A stretch of 32,000 bases of DNA from Dickeya dadantii NCPPB 898 (GTDB lineage Bacteria; Pseudomonadota; Gammaproteobacteria; Enterobacterales; Enterobacteriaceae). The stretch is from assembly GCF_000406145.1 (NCBI RefSeq), contig NZ_CM001976.1, positions 163,186-195,185 on the forward strand, written 5' to 3'. Within the stretch, counting starts at the first letter, position 1. Each line of letters begins with the position of its first letter. The translations under genes and the position numbers were made by a program. Below the pieces are notes generated by a model. That model was not told the origin of the DNA. It was given only the letters and a program-made list of their open reading frames with translations, and ran no database searches. Shown here piece after piece: positions 10,739-16,718 of this stretch.

Positions 10739-11299
10739 ATGCGGGGCACCATCATCACGTTATCTTTTGCTTCACTGCTGATGTTGGTAACCGGCACCGT
10801 GGTGGCGACCGAAAACAGTTTACCCGGCGAAAATAATTTATCCGCCGAAAACAAGGCCCCCGAGTTGGGGAACTGTTATCGCGATGACTCTGCCATGAAA
10901 CGCGAAGAGAGTCAGCAGGGTATGTTTGACGGTGTGAAGTTGACTGAACATCAGCGCCAGCAAATGCGTGACCTGATGCGGCAAGTTCGCCATGAGCAAC
11001 CAGTCTATGACACAAACGATGTGGAAATTATGCATCGGCTGGTGACGGCGGAAAAATTCGACGCTCCGGCGGTGCAGGCGCAAGTCGCCAGAATGGTTCA
11101 GGCACAGATTGCGCGCCAGGTGGAGATAGCCCGGGTGAGCAACCAGATGTACAACATGCTGACGCCGGAGCAGAAATCGATTCTGGACCAGAAACATGAA
11201 CAGGCGATGCAGAGCGTGCGGCAGCAGATGTCGACGTCAGGATCACGTAGCCAGAATTTTGAACTGTCCCGTCAGGGGCAGGATGATAGTACTGAGTAA
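10739..11299 (+). CDS. cpxP: periplasmic Cpx pathway inhibitor/adaptor CpxP
   Basis: [27 protein letters not shown] and [10 protein letters not shown] are the two LTXXQ motifs. A signal peptide is present. An AGGAG RBS lies 7 nt upstream of ATG 10739; the track begins at the in-frame GTG 10718. Confidence 0.9.
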   Translation: MRGTIITLSFASLLMLVTGTVVATENSLPGENNLSAENKAPELGNCYRDDSAMKREESQQGMFDGVKLTEHQRQQMRDLMRQVRHEQPVYDTNDVEIMHRLVTAEKFDAPAVQAQVARMVQAQIARQVEIARVSNQMYNMLTPEQKSILDQKHEQAMQSVRQQMSTSGSRSQNFELSRQGQDDSTE

Positions 11300-11332
11300 T
11301 GATAGTACCGAGTAATGATAGTACCGAGTAAT
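11285..11332. repeat. 3 x 16-bp tandem repeat GATAGTACYGAGTAAT spanning the cpxP stop codon
   Basis: Read directly: gatagtactgagtaat / gatagtaccgagtaat / gatagtaccgagtaat. The cpxP TAA (11297-11299) lies in copy 1. A related GAGTAGTG motif occurs three times at 11345-11373. Confidence 0.95.
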
Positions 11333-11389
11333 GCGCGTTTTTCCGAGTAGTGAGAGTAGTGCTGAGAGTAGTGTGTAAAGAAGTAACCT

Positions 11390-11450
11390 GTTTTCCTTGC
11401 CATAGACACCATCCCTGTCTTTCGCCCTCCTTGATGGAGGGCTTTTTTTT
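11390..11450 (+). ncRNA. cpxQ: CpxQ-like 3'UTR-derived sRNA (positional and recollected-sequence inference)
   Basis: The last ~60 nt of the cpxP 3'UTR end at a strong terminator. The stretch ttttccttgccatagacaccatccctgtctt matches my recollection of the conserved CpxQ core from E. coli/Salmonella (Chao and Vogel 2016). The 5' end is not determinable here. Confidence 0.45.
11424..11450 (+). terminator. rho-independent terminator of cpxP/CpxQ
   Basis: Stem GCCCTCC (11424-11430), loop ttgat, stem GGAGGGC (11436-11442), followed by T8. Confidence 0.85.
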
Positions 11451-11490
11451 GCGGAATTTCTGGAAAATCCTTTAAAAACAACTGCATGTT

Positions 11491-11520
11491 AAGCAATCAC
11501 AAGCAACTGCAAGCGGTTAA
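11491..11520. promoter_or_regulatory. three 10-bp-phased AAGC-initiated repeats in the int-proximal att arm (candidate Cox/Int arm sites)
   Basis: aagcaatcac | aagcaactgc | aagcggttaa. A near-identical phased triplet lies next to C at 13007-13036. Confidence 0.35.
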
Positions 11521-11574
11521 AAAGTGGTCAAAAACGGGCCAATTTCCGCAAGTGTGGACACTATGTGGACGATC

Positions 11575-12558
11575 CTAAACCGCTATTTTCCCCCGTAATG
11601 GGTTGAGTGTTATAGCGTTTTGCAGATAGTCCGGTGCAAGATGCGCGTAAGTCATGGTTTGCTGAATGCTGGCATGACCTAAAATCTGCTGTAATGCCAC
11701 CAGATTTCCCCCGTTCATCACAAAATGACTGGCAAATGTGTGCCGCAGTATGTGTGATGCCTGGCCTTTCGGAATATCGGGCTTTACCGCTTTGATTTGC
11801 TCGCAAAATGCCGAGTAGTCCACTTTAAACAGCTTTCCGGTTTCGCGGGTTTTGATGATCCGCGTAACCTCTTCCGATATCGGAATGGTTCTGTTTTTAC
11901 CGTTCTTGGTTTCGGTAAACGTCACCCGGTTATGCATCACCTGTTCAGCCCGTAATGTGCTGGCTTCTCCCCACCTTGCGCCGGTGCTCAGGCACAGCAC
12001 AGCCAACCGGTACTGATCGTCTTCCATTGTATCCAGCAGGCGCGCAATCTCCGATTCCGTCAGGAAGGTGACTGTTGGCTGCTTTTCTGGCAATGGTGGC
12101 AATTCCTTTAAGGGATTCTCGCCAGTGTAGATCTCCAGCTTTATCAGTGCCGAAAACATTCCGGAAAGCCGATAGATGTCTCGGTTGACCGTTGAAGAGC
12201 TGATACCGTCGTATAATCGCCGGGTACGGAACTCCAGAATTGAGCGCTTGTTTATCCGGCATATCTCCGGGTCGTCCATCTGGGCCGCTGTCCGTTTCAG
12301 ATGACGCTTTTCTATCAAACCATTCTTCAAATTCTGGCCGTAGTAAAGCCACCACAATTCAACCAGTTCACTGAGCTGGCGATGTTCAACGCCATAACCG
12401 TGCTGCCACTCTTTTTTGTCCGCTCTGGACAGCGTGTAGCGTTCGAAGGCTACCGCTTCTGTCTTTTTTTCAAACCGCCGCCGGATGCGTTTTCCGTTAC
12501 GTCCGATCGGGCGAATGTCCACTTCATAGCGACCATCATCGAGTTTCTTAACTGCCAT
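11575..12558 (-). CDS. int: tyrosine integrase, P2 Int family
   Basis: MAVKKLDDGRYEVDIRPIGRNGKRIRRRFEKKTEAVAFERY is nearly identical to the P2 Int N-terminus. Catalytic motifs GARWGEA, HILRHTFASH and LGHASIQQTMTYAHL are present. The start is set at ATG 12558 (GGAGAG RBS), not the 12603 of the track. Confidence 0.9.
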   Translation of the reverse strand: MAVKKLDDGRYEVDIRPIGRNGKRIRRRFEKKTEAVAFERYTLSRADKKEWQHGYGVEHRQLSELVELWWLYYGQNLKNGLIEKRHLKRTAAQMDDPEICRINKRSILEFRTRRLYDGISSSTVNRDIYRLSGMFSALIKLEIYTGENPLKELPPLPEKQPTVTFLTESEIARLLDTMEDDQYRLAVLCLSTGARWGEASTLRAEQVMHNRVTFTETKNGKNRTIPISEEVTRIIKTRETGKLFKVDYSAFCEQIKAVKPDIPKGQASHILRHTFASHFVMNGGNLVALQQILGHASIQQTMTYAHLAPDYLQNAITLNPLRGKIAV

Positions 12559-12624
12559 AAGAACACTCTCCGATGTAGTCATCATCCTGATACGCAATAT
12601 CAAAGATGTAACTTATGTAAATAT

Positions 12625-12924
12625 TTACCCAATATTCTGGTTTGATTGGTGAGATTTTGTTTCGTCTGGCCCAATGTGTGCGAGGGCCGGTGCGATCTGA
12701 CCAGCTTCCGGTGCTGTTTTATCCGTCATCAACCACAGTGTGTATTTTTGGAACTGCTTTGTATTTGTTATTTGTAACACCACTTGCAGTCCAGGTTCCC
12801 TATGGCCGCCTTCGTAGTTTTTTAGAGTGCTTAACGCTATACCACTGATTTCACAAAATTTTATTTGTGTAAGTCCCTCAGCCTTTCTTATCAATTTGAT
12901 TTTTTGAGCTATATCCATTGACAT
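12625..12924 (-). CDS. C: immunity repressor, P2 C family
   Basis: MSMDIAQKIKLIRKAEGLTQ...FQKYTLWLMTDKTAPEAGQIAPALAHIGPDETKS aligns over its full length (99 aa) with P2 C as recalled. It lies upstream of and co-oriented with int. Confidence 0.85.
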   Translation of the reverse strand: MSMDIAQKIKLIRKAEGLTQIKFCEISGIALSTLKNYEGGHREPGLQVVLQITNTKQFQKYTLWLMTDKTAPEAGQIAPALAHIGPDETKSHQSNQNIG

Positions 12925-12950
12925 GGTTCCCATGTGAAGACTATATTCCA

Positions 12951-12982
12951 CTCAAAAGGTATTCAGTTGAAAACCTTTTGAG
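12951..12982. promoter_or_regulatory. perfect 9-bp inverted repeat CTCAAAAGG-N14-CCTTTTGAG just upstream of C
   Basis: Read directly. It begins 27 nt upstream of the C start codon, where the Pc/Pe switch is expected in P2-like phages. Confidence 0.4.
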
Positions 12983-13006
12983 GCGCGAAAAACCAACCGC
13001 GAACAT

Positions 13007-13036
13007 AAGCAACTGAAAGCAGATGTAAGCGGTTGG
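13007..13036. promoter_or_regulatory. three 10-bp-phased AAGC-initiated repeats (candidate Cox boxes at the switch region)
   Basis: aagcaactga | aagcagatgt | aagcggttgg. The first and third units match units of the att-arm array at 11491-11520 (aagcaactg, aagcggtt). Confidence 0.35.
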
Positions 13037-13178
13037 TGATCGAAAGAGAGTATCACGGTGAGGGGGAGAGGATGAAGGAAGACGATGTGCGGGAAGCTGA
13101 AGTTACAGCGGAATCACCCGTAATTAATACGTATGCCGTAACTCTTGAGATAAAGGCGAGGGTTAGCGAAGGCGCTAC

Positions 13179-13406
13179 TCAGACCCGCAGCGCCAGTACG
13201 TTCTTTTTTGTTGGATACACGAAAGAACAAATCATTGATTCATCTAAATGATGATTTAGTTGAGCAATCAGCTCGCGCGATTGATTGGCATTTAGCCGAA
13301 TCGCAACAATCTGGTCATCAGGAACAGAAAATTCAATCTCAATAAGATTATCAAAGGTATTGCAGCGCACTTTATAGGTGGGAATGACGGTACGTTTCTT
13401 TGTCAC
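13179..13406 (-). CDS. hypothetical small protein (75 aa from GTG 13406; 87 aa if from GTG 13442)
   Basis: ORF in the C-cox insert with an AAGGA RBS 7 nt before the internal GTG 13406. I recognise no motif. Its 3' end overlaps a convergent plus-strand ORF, so coding status is uncertain. Confidence 0.4.
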   Translation of the reverse strand: MTKKRTVIPTYKVRCNTFDNLIEIEFSVPDDQIVAIRLNANQSRELIAQLNHHLDESMICSFVYPTKKNVLALRV

Positions 13407-13450
13407 GTTATTTTCCTTGTGTGGTTGGTTGATTGTTGGCACTTGAAATC

Positions 13451-13493
13451 TACCACAAAAACCACGCGCCGGGCGTGGTGAAATATCCCGGCA
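13451..13493 (+). repeat. copy 1 of a ~40-bp direct repeat (TACCACA..CACGCGCCGGGCGTGG..AAATATCCCGGCA)
   Basis: taccacaaaaaccacgcgccgggcgtggtgaaatatcccggca contains the stem CCACGC/GCGTGG. On the minus strand the hairpin is followed by TTTTT. Confidence 0.9.
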
Positions 13494-13539
13494 TGAATTT
13501 AATTAAAATAGATAAATGGCTAATAGTTTCTGCGGGTGG

Positions 13540-14004
13540 TTAACGAGGGATGCCGCCGCAAAAGAAAGAAAATAGCTTTTCCATAGGCGTCAATTTGCTA
13601 TTAGCCGGAAGGCCAAGCATAACAGCTGCCCGATGATAGGCGGGGCCACATAGTGAATAGGGGTGTGGGCTATCGGTTTGTTCTATTACATACTTTTTCT
13701 GCTTAATGATTTCAATATCACTGGTGTCGAGATCATCAAGGAGAATTCGATATTTTTGTGCCTGCTGTTTCGCACCTCCGGTTATTTCTCCGGGCTTGAG
13801 TGTAAAAAGTAGCGCCGAAATGATTGCAATTAAGATGCCGAGCAACAAACCGGAACCGTGTTCAGTTACAACAGCGCTACCGAGGAAAAACTGAATAAGG
13901 CAGAGCAGCTTATCGATACGTCGATTAAAAACCTCTGTAATTTTTTCAAGCTGGTAACTATAGGCAAGTTCGAAACGAATATTGTGAATTTGTTGCTCGT
14001 TCAT
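13540..14004 (-). CDS. small two-TM membrane protein of unknown function (SLATT-like topology; possible exclusion/abortive-infection effector)
   Basis: An AGGAG RBS lies 5 nt upstream of ATG 14004. There are two adjacent hydrophobic helices (KLLCLIQFFLGSAVV and LLLGILIAIISALLF) flanked by amphipathic helices. The sequence is AT-richer than the phage backbone. Confidence 0.6.
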   Translation of the reverse strand: MNEQQIHNIRFELAYSYQLEKITEVFNRRIDKLLCLIQFFLGSAVVTEHGSGLLLGILIAIISALLFTLKPGEITGGAKQQAQKYRILLDDLDTSDIEIIKQKKYVIEQTDSPHPYSLCGPAYHRAAVMLGLPANSKLTPMEKLFSFFCGGIPR

Positions 14005-14180
14005 ATGGACTCCTGGCTATTGGTATCCGCCCTTCTTTGTAGGCTTCGGGGCGGGACGGGGTGGAACGTGAAAATTGTCGGTGTCCTGTTCTGCGGAAGA
14101 TGCAGTGCTAAGCATGATGACTCGTCCTCTGTAGTTGGTGTTATGCCCGTTCTGGCTGGAACGTGTGGGCGTAGCGAGGA

Positions 14181-14221
14181 TACCACAGCGCACGCGCCGG
14201 GCGTGGCTAAAAATCCCGGTA
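14181..14221 (+). repeat. copy 2 of the ~40-bp direct repeat, 38 nt upstream of cox
   Basis: taccacagcgcacgcgccgggcgtggctaaaaatcccggta. Confidence 0.9.
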
Positions 14222-14258
14222 CATATTCAATAACGCAAAATGAAAAGCGAGGGTTGTG

Positions 14259-14531
14259 ATGAGTGAACGCGTTTATGAGGTTCGCTATCCGGTTGATGCT
14301 GTTCCGTATCAGAAATTTGCGGAATTGATCGGTAAGTCGGAAGCGGCAGTGAAAGGCATGGTTGATAATGGAAAATTGCCGCTTATTCCGTGGGTGAATC
14401 CTGAAAACCCTAATCCTCGTCGCGGTGAAAATTGGGTTTATATCCCGGAATTTAACCGTGCTATGCGCGATGCCTTTATGAACAGGCCGAAAGAACAGCG
14501 TGACGCATGGTTATTATGGCTGGGGTTATAG
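14259..14531 (+). CDS. cox: Cox (excisionase / Pc repressor), P2 Cox family
   Basis: DAVPYQKFAELIGKSEAAVKGMVDNGKLPLI...GENWVYIPEFN...RPKEQRDAWLLWLGL aligns with P2 Cox (AIPYQEFAKLIGKSTGAVRRMIDKGKLPVI...EYWVYLPAWN...RPKEIRDGWLMWLGL). I used ATG 14259, with a GAGGG RBS. Confidence 0.85.
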   Translation: MSERVYEVRYPVDAVPYQKFAELIGKSEAAVKGMVDNGKLPLIPWVNPENPNPRRGENWVYIPEFNRAMRDAFMNRPKEQRDAWLLWLGL

Positions 14532-14541
14532 GTGAATAATT

Positions 14542-14748
14542 ATGGTTAAAAAGGAATTTGCTGTTATTCGCCTGAGTAAGCACACCAGTATATATCGTGG
14601 CTTTTCAGTTGTTGAATATCCAAGAACAATCACAAACTCAATTAAGCGATATCGCGTTAGCAGGGAAGGGCAGTCTTACGGTTTATTTGATGCGCTGGCA
14701 TTAGCTACCGGTTATATCGACAGCTTACATAACAGCGTATATCAATAG
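14542..14748 (+). CDS. hypothetical early protein (68 aa)
   Basis: An AGGTGA RBS lies 6 nt before the ATG, directly after cox on the same strand. I recognise no motif. Confidence 0.5.
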   Translation: MVKKEFAVIRLSKHTSIYRGFSVVEYPRTITNSIKRYRVSREGQSYGLFDALALATGYIDSLHNSVYQ

Positions 14749-14782
14749 TGCAGCGATAAAGAATAAAAACAACACCAGAGAA

Positions 14783-14814
14783 ACCACGGCCGGGCGTGGC
14801 TAAATATCCCGGCA
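14783..14814 (+). repeat. copy 3 of the direct repeat, 48 nt upstream of the next early ORF
   Basis: accacggccgggcgtggctaaatatcccggca. Confidence 0.9.
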
Positions 14815-14861
14815 CCTATTTGCAACCGTCTATCTGTGGGCGGTTACCAATAGGAGGATCA

Positions 14862-15017
14862 ATGCAAAAACCAATCTCAATTGCGCCTTTCCTCTGGCAG
14901 CAACAGACAGAAAGCCGTATCAAACCAGAAATACGCCACGGAGAGGGCAAGCAAGGCATCATTATTCGGCCGGATGGCCGCCGTTGGAACCCGCCGAAAG
15001 GGGCGTTTAATCGGTAA
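14862..15017 (+). CDS. hypothetical early protein (51 aa)
   Basis: A strong AGGAGG RBS (14852-14857) lies 4-5 nt before ATG 14862. The track ORF starts at GTG 14796 inside the repeat, which I consider unlikely. Confidence 0.45.
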   Translation: MQKPISIAPFLWQQQTESRIKPEIRHGEGKQGIIIRPDGRRWNPPKGAFNR

Positions 15018-15029
15018 TCAGGAGGGAGC

Positions 15030-15359
15030 ATGTCTCAATCTGTCGATCATCAGAAATGGATACAGCGTTGCAGGGATATCGTGTTTAAAGGTGAATCCCG
15101 CGCTCAGTCATTTTGGGAGCGTGCTGCACTGGAAACGCGTGAGATTATCCTTTTTTCCGCAAAGCCAAAGCTGAAGTCGCGCCATGTCAATTACTCATGG
15201 CATCAGTTTACGGCGGAAGAGCGCGCCGCTATTTGGGGGGCAATTAAGCGCATCCGGTCTATTTGCGATGAAACTGCGCTATTTGGCCCGGATGATTTTC
15301 TGAAAACCAGTAATCAAAACGGCACACCCAATAAGCCGAGCCAGTCACCTATTCATTAA
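15030..15359 (+). CDS. hypothetical early protein (109 aa)
   Basis: An AGGAGGG RBS lies immediately upstream of the ATG, on the same strand as the early operon. I recognise no motif. Confidence 0.6.
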   Translation: MSQSVDHQKWIQRCRDIVFKGESRAQSFWERAALETREIILFSAKPKLKSRHVNYSWHQFTAEERAAIWGAIKRIRSICDETALFGPDDFLKTSNQNGTPNKPSQSPIH

Positions 15360-15430
15360 TTAACCCATAACAACGAATAAATGCCCTTTATCGGGCAGGG
15401 ATTCGTATTACCTGAAAAAAGGAAACCGTA

Positions 15431-15661
15431 ATGAAAAATGCCGAAGTAAAAACTATGACCGTCGCCGCTGATGGCGCACTGGTCGAGCTGCTGAAAAAGG
15501 CCCGATTGGAGGAACGCAAAGACCAGCATTTTTCCTTCTCACTGCGCCTTGCTGCGCTTGCTGTCCGCGCTCAACAACGCGACCTCTCTGCCGCCGAAGT
15601 GGTGGAACTTATACGCCAGGAATCAGAACGTTTTGAGCACTCCGCTCAGGGGCTGAGCTGA
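15431..15661 (+). CDS. DUF2732-like P2-family early protein
   Basis: LLKKARLEERKDQHFSFSLRLAALAVRAQQRDLSAAEVVELIRQE resembles the DUF2732 pattern recalled from P2-like prophages. An AAGGA RBS is present. Confidence 0.55.
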   Translation: MKNAEVKTMTVAADGALVELLKKARLEERKDQHFSFSLRLAALAVRAQQRDLSAAEVVELIRQESERFEHSAQGLS

Positions 15662-15885
15662 TGGACTCAATGGACATAGCTCAAGAGCGCGAAACGTTCA
15701 TCCGCGAAACGCAAATCCAGAAGGCCCGGCAACAGTCGGGCTATGCCGTTTCTGCATCCGTCTGTGAAAGCTGTGACGCACCGCCCCCCGAAGCCCGCCG
15801 CGTGGCCGTTCCGGGTGTGCGTCTGTGCGTGTACTGCCAGGGTGATGCTGAACTGAAAAACAAACACTATCGGGGGGCTTTATGA
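15661..15885 (+). CDS. TraR/DksA-family C4 zinc-finger protein (P2 Orf82-like)
   Basis: CESC...(N19)...CVYC four-Cys motif near the C-terminus. The start overlaps the previous stop (TGATG). Confidence 0.75.
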   Translation: MDSMDIAQERETFIRETQIQKARQQSGYAVSASVCESCDAPPPEARRVAVPGVRLCVYCQGDAELKNKHYRGAL

Positions 15886-16718
15886 GCACTATCGCCACAC
15901 CGCTGAAATGGGTCGGCAGCAAGGCCCGCGTGATGCATATCCTGCGCGAGCATTTACCGGCCGGCGACCGTCTGGTGGAACCGTTCGCCGGGTCTTGTGC
16001 GGTCATGATGAATACCGATTACCCGGAATACCTGATCGCCGATATCAATCCCGACCTGATTAACCTGTATCAGGTCATCAAAGAGGATGTGAAGGATTTT
16101 ATTGATACCGCCGAAGGTCTGTTTCGCACTGCGAATACAGCAGAAAGCTATTACCGCTTCCGGCAGGTATTTAATCGTAGCAAAGAGAATCGCACCACCT
16201 CAGCAGCACTGTTTCTTTATCTGAACCGGCACGGTTACCGGGGCGTTTGTCGCTATAACCGCGCCGGTGGGTTTAACGTTCCTTACGGGCATTATGCATC
16301 GCCTTATTTTCCACTGGCCGAGATTCAGGCATTTGCCGAAAAAGCCCGCCGTGCAAAATTCATCTGCGCCGCGTTTGGCGAAACGCTGCAACTGATTCAC
16401 CCCGGCGATGTGGTGTACTGCGATCCGCCATACATCCCGCAAACGCCAACGGCCAGCTTCACCAGTTATCACACCGATGGTTTCACCCACAACGATCAGT
16501 ATGACCTGTGCAGCGCGTTATCACGCCTGGCCGAGCGCGGGATCCCTGTCATCGCATCAAACAGCGACACTCACCACGCGCACAGCCTTTACCACCGGTT
16601 TGATATCTGCCGCTTCACCGCACCGCGTAGCGTCGGCGTTGCGGCTGGGGAAAGCAAACAAGCTGGGGAAATTATTGCTAAGCGTCTGCCGGTGCATGGG
16701 CAGCGAGGTGCCGCATAA
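15882..16718 (+). CDS. dam: DNA N6-adenine methyltransferase (Dam family)
   Basis: PLKWVGSKARVM, the SAM motif VEPFAGSCAV and the catalytic DPPY (VVYCDPPYIP) are present. The start overlaps the upstream stop (ATGA). Confidence 0.9.
   Translation: MSTIATPLKWVGSKARVMHILREHLPAGDRLVEPFAGSCAVMMNTDYPEYLIADINPDLINLYQVIKEDVKDFIDTAEGLFRTANTAESYYRFRQVFNRSKENRTTSAALFLYLNRHGYRGVCRYNRAGGFNVPYGHYASPYFPLAEIQAFAEKARRAKFICAAFGETLQLIHPGDVVYCDPPYIPQTPTASFTSYHTDGFTHNDQYDLCSALSRLAERGIPVIASNSDTHHAHSLYHRFDICRFTAPRSVGVAAGESKQAGEIIAKRLPVHGQRGAA

Noticed and set aside
11272-11496. A 74-aa minus-strand ORF with HYS repeats.
   Set aside because: It is built from the tandem repeats and runs through the cpxP terminator and the CpxQ-like region, so it is an artefact of repeat periodicity.
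11521-11577. Sequence just past the int stop codon translates to ..SVHT.. in frame and to VHIVSTLAE in the +1 frame. This resembles what I recall as the C-terminal tail of P2 Int (ESVHTVSTVE) and hints at a truncated or frameshifted int 3' end.
   Set aside because: The match is short and depends on my memory of the P2 Int C-terminus. All catalytic motifs lie upstream, so function is probably unaffected. A real alignment is needed before claiming anything.
12559-12603. An upstream extension of int (the 342-aa track ORF starting MILRIRMMTT).
   Set aside because: Homology to P2 Int starts at MAVKKLDDGRYEV (ATG 12558), which has its own GGAGAG RBS.
13033-13251. A plus-strand ORF (72 aa from TTG, or 59 aa from ATG 13072 with a GGAGAGG RBS) next to the switch region.
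   Set aside because: I did not list it as a feature. It has no recognisable motif and it overlaps the convergent minus-strand ORF 13179-13406 by 73 nt, so at most one of the two is likely real. It is kept as an open question in the C-cox insert finding.
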